From positions 17,670,001 through 17,734,000 of the forward strand of contig OZ024750.1 of NCBI GenBank assembly GCA_964016885.1: 64,000 nt of DNA, in the 5' to 3' direction. Shown here piece after piece: positions 17,267 to 31,698 of this stretch (its first letter is position 1; the number at the start of each line of letters is the position of its first letter). The position numbers and the translations under genes are program-made. This stretch comes from Eledone cirrhosa. Its lineage: Eukaryota. A model generated the notes under the pieces. The model made no database searches, had not been told where the DNA came from, and saw only the letters and a program-made list of their open reading frames with translations.

Positions 17267-17346
17267 CTCCTACCGTTTCAACAGCTAGATCTGAACTGAA
17301 TCGCTGGTATTCAGGCGGCGGGAAAATAGCTGGCATCCTCAAGGAG
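17267..17346 (-). ncRNA. Hammerhead-like motif with extended stem II
   Basis: ctcc TTGAGGA ..cagcta(long loop)tagctg.. GAAA cgg TA ggag; U3 variant core; same family as 16707 and 41060. Confidence 0.55.
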
Positions 17347-17784
17347 TAAGGAGGGGGGACAGAGTCCATATATGGGTAGACAGTCTGTACATGTAAATAT
17401 ATATATACATTGATATATATTTTTATCTCGATCTGTTGCCATTGAAGTTTCCAGCAATTTCAACAGATTCAAAATCAAAATATCAATTATTTATTCATAT
17501 ATTCAGGATAAGGATGAAGATCACAGCATCCACTTTAAACTACATGTAACCTCTATTTTCATTGCTTGAATGGGTTAGACACACTGTCACATTATAAGGA
17601 AAGACAGATCAGGTGACCATGTTTTGTTCATATGCTATGATTTTAGTTTGGTTTTCTACAGCTGGATGACCTTCCTTAAAATGCCAACCACTTTAAAGTG
17701 TCTACTTGAAAGTTTATGTCATGGCACCACCACTACCCACTTAGTGGGTGTACTGGGGGGACCTATAGTATCTAAAAGTCTAAA

Positions 17785-18059
17785 GTCTGTCTTAAGCCAG
17801 AAGGCTCATTTGGCCAGTGCTTATCCCGGTTTCATGGCGTGAAGCGACTGAGAGTACAAGACTCCCCCTGGATAGGACGCCAGTCCATCGCAGGGTCAAA
17901 CCTCCAGCTATTGCTGGTGCTCATTTTCAGTATACTGAGTATACTGGAGCAACGTGAAATGAAGTGTTTTGCTCAAGAACACAACACGTAACCCAGGAAT
18001 CGAGCCCACATCATTATGATCGTAAGTCCAACACCCTTACCACTAGGCCACGTGCCTCC
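17785..18059 (-). mobile_element. SINE family A-related subfamily
   Basis: Reverse complement of 13975-14250. Confidence 0.8.
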
Positions 18060-18450
18060 ACCCTATAGTGTAGAGGAAAATTAATAGTGTCTTTGCGACA
18101 ATCTTCTGAAGGCCATGGAGCAGGTCTGCTGCTGGTCCAAGGTCCCAATGGCAAGATGGTGGAATGATATGGTAGATAGGGCCAAAAAAGCAAAGGGACA
18201 CCCCAAAAACTGGAAAAAATTGGAAATTGGAAATTCCTGATAACCAGAAGCAAGGCTAGGTATAGTAATGAATGATAATGATATGTTTGTATAAGAATGT
18301 TATGAGTGTGTTTGTGAGTGTGTAGCGGTGTATGTACAATGTATGTAGCTGTATACATAGATTAACAACACAGGCACACACATACACACACCCAGAAGTA
18401 TATGAACATATGTGCATGTACATGAATGCATATATATATATATATGTATG

Positions 18451-18491
<41 letters not shown>

Positions 18492-19159
18492 TAATCACTG
18501 GAAAAATAAAATAACTTGATGAACATATACCAATACATATACAGGAACACAAACCACAGATACATATGCACACACACATATGTGCATTGCATACACAACA
18601 ATCCTTGTATATATACATATACACAATACAATAATTTGTTTAAACACAATCCCTTGGCCAGTGTTAATACCACCACCTGCCCCTTGGTGCCTTTAATGAG
18701 GACCCTAGGTTTGAAGCTAACATTCTACCTCCCTTCCACTCTCCCGCTAATCTCAGAAACGCATAAATGGATCTAGGACACTGTCCCTCCCTCCTATTAG
18801 TCTGAGACTGTGAAATAGGTCACTTCCTTCCTCCCATCAGTCTGAAGGCCCTAAATTGTGTCAAGTGCACTGCCCCTACCTTCCACCAGTCTTGGAGACC
18901 TTGAAGTGTGTCAGATGACACTGCCCTCTCTTCCACCAGTTTCAAAGACTCTAAAAAGGGCCAGAGGCAATTCCCTTTCTTTCCACCAGTCTCAAAATCT
19001 CTGAATTACCCCGTTCAAAGATCCAGAAAAGAGCCAGAGGTATTGCCCTTCCCCATACTCTAAAAAAGCCAAAAGAAAATATAGTTTTTACACATTAATA
19101 TATACATCCACACAGTCCTACTGAAAGAGACACGTACAGAAATGTATGTTGGTGCAAAT

Positions 19160-21980
19160 ACACCTATTGTTACATACACATGTAAAAATATACAATGTAT
19201 GCAACCAGTGTTACATACACATGTAAAAATATACAATGTATGCAACCAGTGTTACGTACACATGTAAAAATATACAATGTATGCAACTAGTGTTACATAC
19301 ACATGTAAAAATATACAATGTATGCAACCAGTGTTACGTACACATGTAAAAATATACAATGTATACACCTATTGTTACATACACATGTAAAAATATACAA
19401 TGTATACACCTATTGTTACATACACATGTAAAAATATACAATGTATACACCTATTGTTACATACACATGTAAAAATATACAATGTATACACCTATTGTTA
19501 CATACACATGTAAAAATATACAATGTATACACCTATTGTTACATACACATGTAAAAATATACAATGTATGCAACCAGTGTTACGTACACATGTAAAAATA
19601 TACAATGTATACACCTATTGTTACATACACATGTAAAAATATACAATGTATGCAACCAGTGTTACATACACATGTAAAAATATACAATGTATGCAACCAG
19701 TGTTACATACACATGTAAAAATATACAATGTATGCAACCAGTGTTACATACACATGTAAAAATATACAATGTATGCAACCAGTGTTACATACACATGTAA
19801 AAATATACAATGTATGCAACCAGTGTTACATACACATGTAAAAATATACAATGTATGCAACCAGTGTTACATACACATGTAAAAATATACAATGTATGCA
19901 ACCAGTGTTACATACACATGTAAAAATATACAATGTATACACCTATTGTTACATACACATGTAAAAATATACAATGTATGCAACCAGTGTTACATACACA
20001 TGTAAAAATATACAATGTATGCAACCAGTGTTACATACACATGTAAAAATATACAATGTATGCAACCAGTGTTACATACACATGTAAAAATATACAATGT
20101 ATGCAACCAGTGTTACGTACACATGTAAAAATATACAATGTATGCAACCAGTGTTACATACACATGTAAAAATATACAATGTATGCAACTAGTGTTACAT
20201 ACACATGTAAAAATATACAATGTATGCAACCAGTGTTACATACACATGTAAAAATATACAATGTATGCAACTAGTGTTACATACACATGTAAAAATATAC
20301 AATGTATGCAACCAGTGTTACATACACATGTAAAAATATACAATGTATGCAACCAGTGTTACGTACACATGTAAAAATATACAATGTATACACCTATTGT
20401 TACATACACATGTAAAAATATACAATGTATGCAACCAGTGTTACATACACATGTAAAAATATACAATGTATGCAACCAGTGTTACATACACATGTAAAAA
20501 TATACAATGTATGCAACCAGTGTTACATACACATGTAAAAATATACAATGTATGCAACCAGTGTTACATACACATGTAAAAATATACAATGTATGCAACC
20601 AGTGTTACATACACATGTAAAAATATACAATGTATACACCTATTGTTACATACACATGTAAAAATATACAATGTATGCAACCAGTGTTACATACACATGT
20701 AAAAATATACAATGTATACACCTATTGTTACATACACATGTAAAAATATACAATGTATGCAACCAGTGTTACGTACACATGTAAAAATATACAATGTATA
20801 CACCTATTGTTACGTACACATGTAAAAATATACAATGTATGCAACCAGTATTACATACACATGTAAAAATATACAATGTATGCAACCAGTGTTACATACA
20901 CATGTAAAAATATACAATGTATGCAACCAGTGTTACATATACATGTAAAAATATACAATGTATGCAACCAGTGTTACATACACATGTAAAAATATACAAT
21001 GTATGCAACCAGTGTTACATACACATGTAAAAATATAGAATGTATGCAACCAGTGTTACATACACATGTAAAAATATACAATGTATGCAACCAGTGTTAC
21101 ATACACATGTAAAAATATACAATGTATGCAACCAGTGTTACATACACATGTAAAAATATACAATGTATACACCTATTGTTACATACACATGTAAAAATAT
21201 ACAATGTATGCAACCAGTGTTACATACACATGTAAAAATATACAATGTATGCAACCAGTGTTACATACACATGTAAAAATATACAATGTATACACCTATT
21301 GTTACATACACATGTAAAAATATACAATGTATGCAACCAGTGTTATATACACATGTAAAAATATACAATGTATGCAACCAGTGTTACATACACATGTAAA
21401 AATATACAATGTATGCAACCAGTGTTACATACACATGTAAAAATATACAATGTATGCAACCAGTGTTACATACACATGTAAAAATATACAATGTATGCAA
21501 CCAGTGTTACATACACATGTAAAAATATACAATGTATGCAACTAGTGTTACATACACATGTAAAAATATACAATGTATGCAACCAGTGTTACATACACAT
21601 GTAAAAATATACAATGTATGCAACCAGTGTTACATACACATGTAAAAATATACAATGTATACACCTATTGTTACATACACATGTAAAAATATACAATGTA
21701 TGCAACCAGTGTTACATACACATGTAAAAATATACAATGTATGCAACCAGTGTTACATACACATGTAAAAATATACAATGTATGCAACCAGTGTTACATA
21801 CACATGTAAAAATATACAATGTATGCAACCAGTGTTACATACACATGTAAAAATATACAATGTATGCAACTAGTGTTACATACACATGTAAAAATATACA
21901 ATGTATGCAACCAGTGTTACGTACACATGTAAAAATATACAATATATGCAACCAGTGTTACATACACATGTAAAAATAAT
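19160..21980. repeat. 41-bp minisatellite, about 69 units, two main variants
   Basis: catacacatgtaaaaatatacaatgtat[gcaaccagt|acacctatt]gtta; degenerate units continue to about 22140. Confidence 0.98.
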
Positions 21981-22245
21981 ACAACTGCTGTTATATGCAC
22001 ACTAAAATATGCAAATAATGTTACATACAGATGTAAAATATTCAACATATGCAACCCCTGTTACATGCACTTGCAAAATATGCAACATATGCAACTACTC
22101 TTACATACACATGTAAAAATATACAACATATGCAACCAATATTTTTCAACTGCACAAAATGGTTACTTTCTTTATTCCTTCTTCCATTCTAAATAACTGT
22201 TGTAAAAATAACAAATACTAAATCATAATACGCCTTCTATATACA

Positions 22246-22329
<84 letters not shown>

Positions 22330-22374
22330 CTAAATATATATACACCTAAATATATATATATATAAATATATATA

Positions 22375-22451
<77 letters not shown>

Positions 22452-22467
22452 GTAAAAAAAAGAAAAA

Positions 22468-23468
22468 AAAAGCCAGACTGGAAACTTTCTTTAAAATTTC
22501 AATTACTTTAAAACACTATACATATTTCAATGGCACAGTTTCATCATCTGATCATAACAAGACCTAAGTGATTTCATCAGGTGTTAATTGAGAATTAGTT
22601 ATATAAGATAACAGAATTACTGTGAACACAAGCAGAGAATATAAAATAGAGTACAGATTTGATTCAAGGATGGCCTGCCAATTTGGTCTTATAGTAACAA
22701 CAGACTATTTCTGAATGTTGCACAGTCATCAATGCTAAGCATTGTGGGTTGGTAACCGAGATGGAGGAGAGAGGGGGATTGTTAGGTGACAGCATCATAA
22801 ATTCTACTGTTCTACTGAAAATGCCATTCATAAATCACAGCGAAGAATTCAGCTGCTACAGAAGTCTAGGGGTGAAGCCTTAACCTGTTGACTGCCATAT
22901 ATATTTTACACAGCTATAGTTGCTGTGCTTGGTTTATTTTCAGTAAAATGACTATTTTTTTAAACAAACATGTGTTAACAACACATATCTGAATGATTAA
23001 CAAATGTCACATCAATAAACTAGTAACCCATCAGTCTTTGAAGTTATGAACTGTTGTAAATGACTTTATAACTTCGAAGTTATGAACTGTTAGAAAAGAT
23101 TTCAAACATGTTATCTCGTCCATGGCAGTGGAATGTATACATGTTAGGATGAGTTATCTCATCTACGGCACTGAAGAGGTTAAAGGGTTGGAACACTATC
23201 GAGACATTCAATACTATATAAATTATATAAAATAATAAAAAATATTAAGGTTACAAAAATAAGTTTTAAAAAAATTATTAAAAACATATTTTCTATTCTC
23301 TGCTTGTATTCACTGTAATTCTGTTATCTTATATAACTGATTGTGCAATCAACACCTGATGAAATTGCCTAGTCGTGTGTCATGATCGAATGATGAAACT
23401 GGGCTATTGAAATATGTATCGTGTTTTCACAGAATTAAAATTTTAAAGAAAGTTTCCAGTCCGGCTTT
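22468..23468. mobile_element. Old fold-back element, about 180-bp diverged arms, degenerate hammerheads
   Basis: 22468-22645 is the diverged reverse complement of 23290-23468; each arm has CTGATGA..atca/tgat..GAAAC but a decayed stem I. Confidence 0.6.
22884..23179. mobile_element. piggyBac-like MITE family 3, inside the fold-back spacer
   Basis: TTAA|cctgttgactgcc ... ggcactgaagagg|TTAA. Confidence 0.55.
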
Positions 23469-23522
23469 CTGTTGTTTTTAATGTTTATATGTGTATATAT
23501 GAATATATATGAATTATACATA

Positions 23523-23565
<43 letters not shown>

Positions 23566-23566
23566 A

Positions 23567-23657
<91 letters not shown>

Positions 23658-23827
23658 GTACATATATATATATATATATATGCACATATATATTTTTAAT
23701 ATTACACTCAGCATATGAGGGAAATCAACAATAGTTTAACGCCAAATGTGTAACACCAAGCATTAGACTTAAACAGACCCACCTACACATCAAGTGCTCA
23801 AGTTGGTGAACCAACAGTAACATAAAG

Positions 23828-23906
<79 letters not shown>

Positions 23907-24098
23907 TATATATATATATATACATTTGAGATAATAATATTATAAACAAGAGGGAAAGAATTCAATAGAGATTGAGTGTAAATATATTATTGTTGAAGTT
24001 ACACAATCGGTGGCAAACAAGAAAATGACAGTAATGTCAATCACAGCACCCCAATATATATGTATGTGTGTGTTTGTCTGTATGTGTGTGTGTGTGTA

Positions 24099-24130
<32 letters not shown>

Positions 24131-24179
24131 TGTGTGTGTATATATATGCACATATGTCTGTGTGTGCATGTATGTATAC

Positions 24180-24218
<39 letters not shown>

Positions 24219-24355
24219 ATATATATATATTTGATTTATATGTGATATATATATACATCATATATACATATATATATATATATGTATGTATATATATATG
24301 TATATATATATATATATATATACACCATATATACATATATATATATATATGTATG

Positions 24356-24419
<64 letters not shown>

Positions 24420-24461
24420 TATACATATATATACATATATATATATATACATATATATATG

Positions 24462-24505
<44 letters not shown>

Positions 24506-24588
24506 ATATTCTATGCATTCTAATGAATACATTTACAATTCGAATCACGCTCAATTTATTTCATTCTTTTTCGAATTATTCTTCTAAA

Positions 24589-24620
<32 letters not shown>

Positions 24621-25237
24621 CTATTATTATTATTATTATTATTATTATCAACATTATTATTATTATTATTATTGTTGTTGTTGTTGTTGTTGTTGTTGAT
24701 GTTGATTCTGGTTAATTTTAATTGAGATGATTGACTTCTTTCACTTCCAATGACTTCTTCCTATATTTCTATTTATTTCCAATTAAAATTTTAAAAAAAT
24801 CCCAATCAACTCACCCAAAAATAATTACTGCCCCCCCCCCCCTGCCTCTTTGTGATTCTGAACCAAAGAACTTAGTGATAATGTCCCTAATTGTAATTAC
24901 AAGAATGGTCTGTTAACGATCCACATATTAATGTCACAACTGTATCTAAAACCTCAATTATTCAGATGTGAATGTGATAATGACAATTATGGTGATAATG
25001 GGATAATGGCAATTTTAATGTCAGATAATGGGAATTATAATAATAATGGGACCAATAATAATAGAATTTTATTTTTTATTTTATTTTATTTTCAATTTTG
25101 GGATTTGTCTCTCTCAATTTCTTTACTTTGAACCCCTTTTTCTTTTTGCCTCTTTCCCCTCACTCACCCTCCCTCTGTCTCTCTTTCACTTACCTTCTCC
25201 TACCTATCTTTCTCTTCCCAATCCCTTTTTCCTAACT

Positions 25238-25271
25238 TTCTTGATGAAGGACTTCTGTCCGAAATGTTGAA
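25238..25271 (+). ncRNA. Minimal hammerhead ribozyme (U3 variant)
   Basis: ttc TTGATGA a ggac ttct gtcc GAAA tg TT gaa; downstream sequence homologous to 32340-32415 on the minus strand. Confidence 0.6.
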
Positions 25272-25370
25272 CTTCCGTCCACTTCCTCCAAGCGTGAACC
25301 TAATATAACTGTGTATCCCTGTGTTTATTTTGTTCTGTTTCATTTATTAACTATATATACATACATATAC

Positions 25371-25464
<94 letters not shown>

Positions 25465-25504
25465 AAATATATATATATATATATAGATATATATGTATGT
25501 ATAA

Positions 25505-25545
<41 letters not shown>

Positions 25546-25557
25546 TATATATGTATG

Positions 25558-25712
<155 letters not shown>

Positions 25713-25797
25713 AAATATATATATATATATATATATAGATATATATGTATGTATAAATATATACATATATATATATATATATAGATATATATGTATG

Positions 25798-25928
<131 letters not shown>

Positions 25929-26100
25929 GTATATATATATATATAGTAAAAAATTGAACGGGAACAAAACAATAACAATATATATATATATATCATCATC
26001 ATCATCATATACATATATATAGTTCAAGGAGACAACAAACAGAGGTACAAAAAGTCTTATTAGTTTCACGCTTTATATTATATGGAAAAGGGCAAAGAAA

Positions 26101-26136
26101 GTTCAATGTGTTGGGCTTTAGTCCTTCTTCAGGAAT
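26101..26136 (-). ncRNA. Degenerate minimal hammerhead
   Basis: ttc CTGAAGA a ggac taaa gccc aaca ca TT gaa; GAAA core mutated. Confidence 0.4.
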
Positions 26137-26448
26137 AGAAAAATAGAGGCTTGATCACAAAGGAGATACAGAAAATAAAAATAGTCCATATATATATTTA
26201 TGTGTATATATATATATATATACAAAGAGAGAGAGAGAGAGAAAGAAAGAGAGACAGAGCAGAGTTATTTGATGAAATATAATTTTATGGTAAAAACAAG
26301 AGAAAAATGAGAGTAAAATAATTTTTAAAAAAAGCTAAAACCGGATATTCAAAAGAAAATTTTATTTTACTTTTTGTCGTCTCTTTGACTCTCCAAAGAT
26401 CGATATTTTTTTCCTCCAGAAAAAATGTATTACTTTCAAAATATGAAC

Positions 26449-26548
<100 letters not shown>

Positions 26549-26649
26549 GTGTATATATACATATATATATATGTATGTATATATATATATATATATACAT
26601 ATATATAAAAAATACATATATGTATATTTACATGCACACACATATATGT

Positions 26650-26708
<59 letters not shown>

Positions 26709-27082
26709 GACATTTATATACATATATAGAAATATACATATAATTCTTAAAATAATATTTCTTCAAGAATTTGTCTTTTGAGATTTCTATTTTCACATTT
26801 TTTTAATTCTTCTTTTCCTGACTAAGTTAAAAAATGTCTCTCAACAGAAGTTTGTACTTTTTTTGTCAGTGCCATTACCTCGCCTCGCCCCCATTTTCAG
26901 GAAACCAGTCTGCTGCCTGGGCTTAAGTATGTTATGTTACCTTAGTATATTTGGGATAATGTCAGACGTAGTTCCAGGCTGAATATACATTATACACTCA
27001 CACACATACATGATTATGTATGATGTATGGAGTTAGTTTTATATGCTGTATGTCTTCATGTAAATAAGTTAGTGGTTTAGTA

Positions 27083-27597
27083 TAGCGGTTGCCAACCAGT
27101 GGTCCATGGACCACTGATGACCCAAGATGGCCCAAGAGAAAATTTTGGTGGTCCGCAGAAAAATTTAGACATTATTTACTTTTTAAAGGGCGGTGAATTG
27201 GCAGTATCGGTAGAGGGTCGGACGCCATGCTTTGACGCATGGAGTTACGGCCCTTGCCATTCTGAGTTCAAATCCCGTCGAGGTTAACTTTGCCTTTCAT
27301 CCTAACGGGAGTCGATAAAATAAAGTACCAGTAATACACCGGGATAATTGCTGGCCTTGTGCCTATTGTAGAAATAATTATTTACTTTAAAGATTTTGTT
27401 ATGATTACATAAGTATTTATATTTTTGTTATAATTAAATAAGCATTTATAATTTTGTTATAGTTAAAAGGTGCATTTCATATTAATAAAATGGAAGTTTT
27501 CTGATCATTATTTTTTTTTAAATTCATATCAGTGGTTTGCGGGATTTAAAATTATTAATTTAGTGGTCCATGAGGTCCAAAAGGTTGGCGACCGCTG
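27083..27597. mobile_element. hAT (Charlie-like) MITE with nested SINE
   Basis: TIR tagcggttgccaacc / ggttggcgaccgctg; 8-bp TSD gtttagta / ggttagta; SINE at 27189-27381. Confidence 0.8.
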
Positions 27598-27814
27598 GGT
27601 TAGTATATATAGGCCTAAGCAAAGCTAGTATTATGTAGGTCTGTGTAAAGCTAGTAATAAGTAGGCCTGTATAAATCATGCAATAGGTTCAGACCATATT
27701 TTAAAGGTGCCCCCACCACCACGCACCCACCAAGCTGGTAATAGGCTTGCACCAGATGTGAAATGTAGGCCCCATTTCAAGCTGTTCATTAAGTATTTTA
27801 TTAATCAGTGAGGC

Positions 27815-27857
<43 letters not shown>

Positions 27858-28590
27858 CTAATTCAAAATATCATAACATATATATGTATGTTGAATATGT
27901 TTCTCAGCAAAAAAGCTCAATTGACATTTGTTCACAGCGTCAATAATTCAAATTAAAAAATATACATATATAGTCATATATCATTAGAGAAACATAGTAT
28001 TTTGTACATATATATGAAAATTATATAATATTAAGGAAACAGTATATACTTTTAGTTACCTTCCTTACAGCTGTCATTTCATAGTTTGTAGAACCAGAGT
28101 AAAAATCAACCTAAGCAATTAATCATTGACTACCAACTATTGATTTTGGTATAGCTCTGGAAGGTACAGAACCAATCATCAGACGAAATTGTCTTATTTT
28201 AAGTTCGAATAAGGTACAAAATACCTTTATATATGTCATGTTCTGAGAAGTAGTCAATCCATACCTCGTCAATCCATACCTCTTAAGTTTTAACAGTGAT
28301 GGCAGATATATATATAGGACTGGACTTCGCATCCACTAGAAATTCACACCATAAGGTATGGATTCACTAGTAATAGATTAATAAGTTATATTAGTAATAT
28401 AACTTTCTCATTATTAAGTTGGTCTTGAAAACCAAACAAAGATTCTTAGATGAAATGATGACAAAATATTTTGAGATAAATATAAGCACTTTAAAATAAA
28501 CAGTTTGTATCATAGGAGTAGGGACAGTTTCAGGCGGATTGGTATCAGAAGGGTTAAATATAACTTCATGGTGATTAGAGTTGGGTAAGT

Positions 28591-28624
28591 GGCTGCTGAT
28601 GATGTGTGAAACTGTAGTCCAGCC
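28591..28624 (+). ncRNA. Hammerhead minizyme-like motif lacking stem II
   Basis: ggctg CTGATGA tgtgt GAAA ctgtag TC cagcc: perfect 5-bp stem I, intact core, GUC site. Confidence 0.65.
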
Positions 28625-28650
28625 TATACTTCTGTTTCTGTCCACATTAA

Positions 28651-28857
28651 CCATTTAGCATTTAAACTGGCCATATCCAGCCAGAATTCCCTCACCTCTT
28701 TCTGTTCAAACCAGCTATAACCAGCTACTTATACTTATGTTAAGGTATTGTTCTCAAAATAAATAATATCAAAATCTCATAGATTCGATATTATGTGAGA
28801 TAAAGCCTTTTCTGTAAAATACAATAGTAAATATAGAATAATGTAAATGGTAAAGTG
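28651..28857. mobile_element. piggyBac-like MITE family 1
   Basis: TTAA flanks, TIR-like ccatttagcattta/taaatggtaaagtg; homologs at 44085-44210, 56956-57155, 59820. Confidence 0.7.
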
Positions 28858-30043
28858 TTAAAGAATTATAAATATAGGAATAGCCTTTATAACTAGTTAA
28901 TCTATCTAAGTAATCTTAATTTGTTTACATATATAATGACTGCTAAAATCTATAGGTTTATTGAATATCATATACTATAGTAGTATCATGGATGATGGGT
29001 GGTAGATGAATGTTACCTATGTTTTGTATAGGACTAAATCAGGTTTGGTCATGTAGCTATAATCTTTCTTGAGCATATTTCTATATTTCAGATAAACAAT
29101 AAAGAATTTGGAGGGATTTTCTAGAGTTATTAATTATTTAATCATAAGAATAGCTTTTGCAACATAACTTAAAATATTCTTATATCAAATTAGGATTTTT
29201 ATCTATATATGAATGCTTTAAAATGGGTGGTTTTGTTTTTCAAAACCAAGGCTGATTTGGAGTGGGTTGGTGTCAAAAAGGTTAAAGCCAGCTTCTGCAG
29301 AAGTTTTACTGAAAATAATATTAAAAAATCAACAAACCAAAAATATACTTAAAATTGAGATGAGCATTGTAAAACCACTGCTGTCATTTTTCAAAGATCT
29401 TGATACCAAGTTCAATTCTTGATTGAAGAAGCAATTTCACTTCCCTAACATTGCCAACACTATTGAAAGAGTCAAAGAAACAGAGAGAGAAAGGCGGGTA
29501 GTATAATAAGTTGACATGTTCCAATTCCTTTAATTTCCAGAGCTTTCTTGCCTAGATGAAACAGAAGCCAATATTCTTTAATTATAGATGGAGGTGTGGG
29601 GCAGAGCGGAACTGAATCAATGAAGTTCCTGACTAAATATTATACCACAGCATCTAGTTTCAAATCTCGAGATTCTGAGTTTGAGCCCTCACCAGAGTCA
29701 ACTATTGCCTTTTATCATTTTAACCAGTAATACACTGGGACTGATTCAGTACAAAAGAGCAATCCAATTAAGAAACTGTCTTTCTGACTAATTAATGAAT
29801 TAATATATTTTAAATCTAATTTAGTGACAATTAGATCCTGCTTTTTTGGTTTTTCTCTTTCATTCATGTTTTTCTTCTTTTTTTTTTCTTTTTTCAAGTG
29901 AAAAAATTTTATAAAACAAAAATGTAAAAAAGATAAAATAATTTAATGTGATCTACACCTTGTTTGTCTTTATTATTATTGTTATTATTATTATTGTTGT
30001 TATTATTATTATTGTTGTTATTATTATTATTATTATTATTATT

Positions 30044-30198
30044 AGGGCAGTGGATTGGCAGTATCTGTAGAGGGTCGGACCCTTTACGGTCTGAGTTCAA
30101 ATCCCGTTGAGGTTAACTTTTGCCTTTCATCCTTACGGGGTCGATAAAATAAAGTACTAGTAATTCACTGGAGTAATTGCTGGCCTTGTGCCAAAAGA
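30044..30198 (+). mobile_element. SINE family B, internally deleted
   Basis: Same motifs; follows an (ATT)n tract. Confidence 0.8.
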
Positions 30199-30236
30199 AG
30201 GTTGCCATTTTTTTCCCCATTAGAAGTACTTTGCAG

Positions 30237-30550
30237 TTAAATGGAAAAACAATGTTGTCTCTGATCAAGAGGAAGCAAGAGTGTATTTGAATACATTTAA
30301 GAATGAAAAAAACTTATCGCTAGAATAGCTATTAAAACAGCTAAATGCTGTCAAAGACAGCGATCAGTAAAAATGTCTCAGCGGACAGAGACCAGCGGCC
30401 AATGGTCAACTAAGAGACAATCCACAAGATGGGTGACAGGCAGATGAAATATTGAAAAGATTGAAAGATAAGGAAGACAATGAGAAGTGTGTTCATGCAC
30501 AGAAGTTACTGGAAGAGGGAATAAAGAAAGTTGATGTACAAGACAAATTT
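30237..30550 (+). pseudogene. Possible decayed coding segment, charged and helix-like, with three in-frame stops
   Basis: After tttgcAG one frame reads KWKNNVVSDQEEARVYLNTF...EILKRLKDKEDNEK...EEGIKKVDVQDKF with TAG 30326, TAA 30368, TGA 30434. Confidence 0.3.
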
Positions 30551-30818
30551 ACACACACACACATCTTCATCCTCATCAGCTCTCAAACCAGCAAAATGGT
30601 TTCGCACGATTTAATTGAAAGTACCATTTTAAAATGCTGGATTTTGCAACAGAAAAATGAACCTTTCTGCTGGTAAGATGTGTGAGTAATAAAGCAAACA
30701 GCACAGACAGAAGGACAAACTGTTGTTTCTAGTCAAAATCAAATAACATTTTTAACCATGTTTTTGGAATTTGACAATAAAATTTGATTTATATGCATAG
30801 AAGTTGCAGTCAGATAAT

Positions 30819-30849
<31 letters not shown>

Positions 30850-31431
30850 ATATATCTTTCTCTCTCTGTCTCTCTCTCTCCCTCTCTCCATCTCCCTTTC
30901 TCTATCTCTCTCTACTTCTCTCGTTCTCTCCCTATATCTCTCTATCTCTATATTTCTGGGTGTCCATCTCTTTCACACAAACCACCCTCACTTCTCTCTC
31001 CCCCTCTCTCTCTCTCTCTTCTCCTACTACTACTACTCCTTCTCTCTTACCATCTCTCTCATCAGACCAGTCATATACACCAAAGATTATTGTTATCAAC
31101 TTCAAATTTCCAAATGTCTTTGTTTAGTTTTGTTTTGTATTATTTTAAAAACTATTAAACATAATTCTCTCAACTATGAGCTGCTGAAATTATTCTTTGC
31201 AACATTAATTCTCTTATAATCTAATTATATTCTAGTTAATAACTGTTGCTATCAGTTATGAAGATCTCATAAAACATTATGCCATTTGTAGCTTACACAC
31301 ACACACATATATATATATATGTGTGTGTGTGTGTGTATGTATGTATATATATACATATATGTATGTATATATATATGTGTAAGATGTAAAGTTTGTTTTT
31401 AAATGTATTGCTTTCTCCTCCATTCATTGTG

Positions 31432-31473
<42 letters not shown>

Positions 31474-31476
<3 letters not shown>

Positions 31477-31603
31477 GTTATTCCGGGTTGAATCGGAGGT
31501 AACCACAGTAAGTAAGGTACTCAATACATTGCAGAGTATAAAAGTTTTAATATAGATGAGATTCTACAGGACTAGAACTGTTTCATTCTTTAGAAATCAT
31601 CAG

Positions 31604-31607
<4 letters not shown>
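31474..31607 (-). mobile_element. Hammerhead element without fold-back, identical to 37928-38058
   Basis: 131-bp exact reverse-complement match to the right arm plus tail of the 37863 element; flanked by (TA)n. Confidence 0.9.
31561..31607 (-). ncRNA. Type I hammerhead ribozyme
   Basis: attc CTGATGA tttc taaa gaat GAAA cag ttctagtc ctg TA gaat. Confidence 0.8.

Positions 31608-31698
<91 letters not shown>

Noticed and set aside
19160-21980. CRISPR-like regular array
   Set aside because: No unique spacers, only two recurring variants; eukaryotic context and no cas genes.
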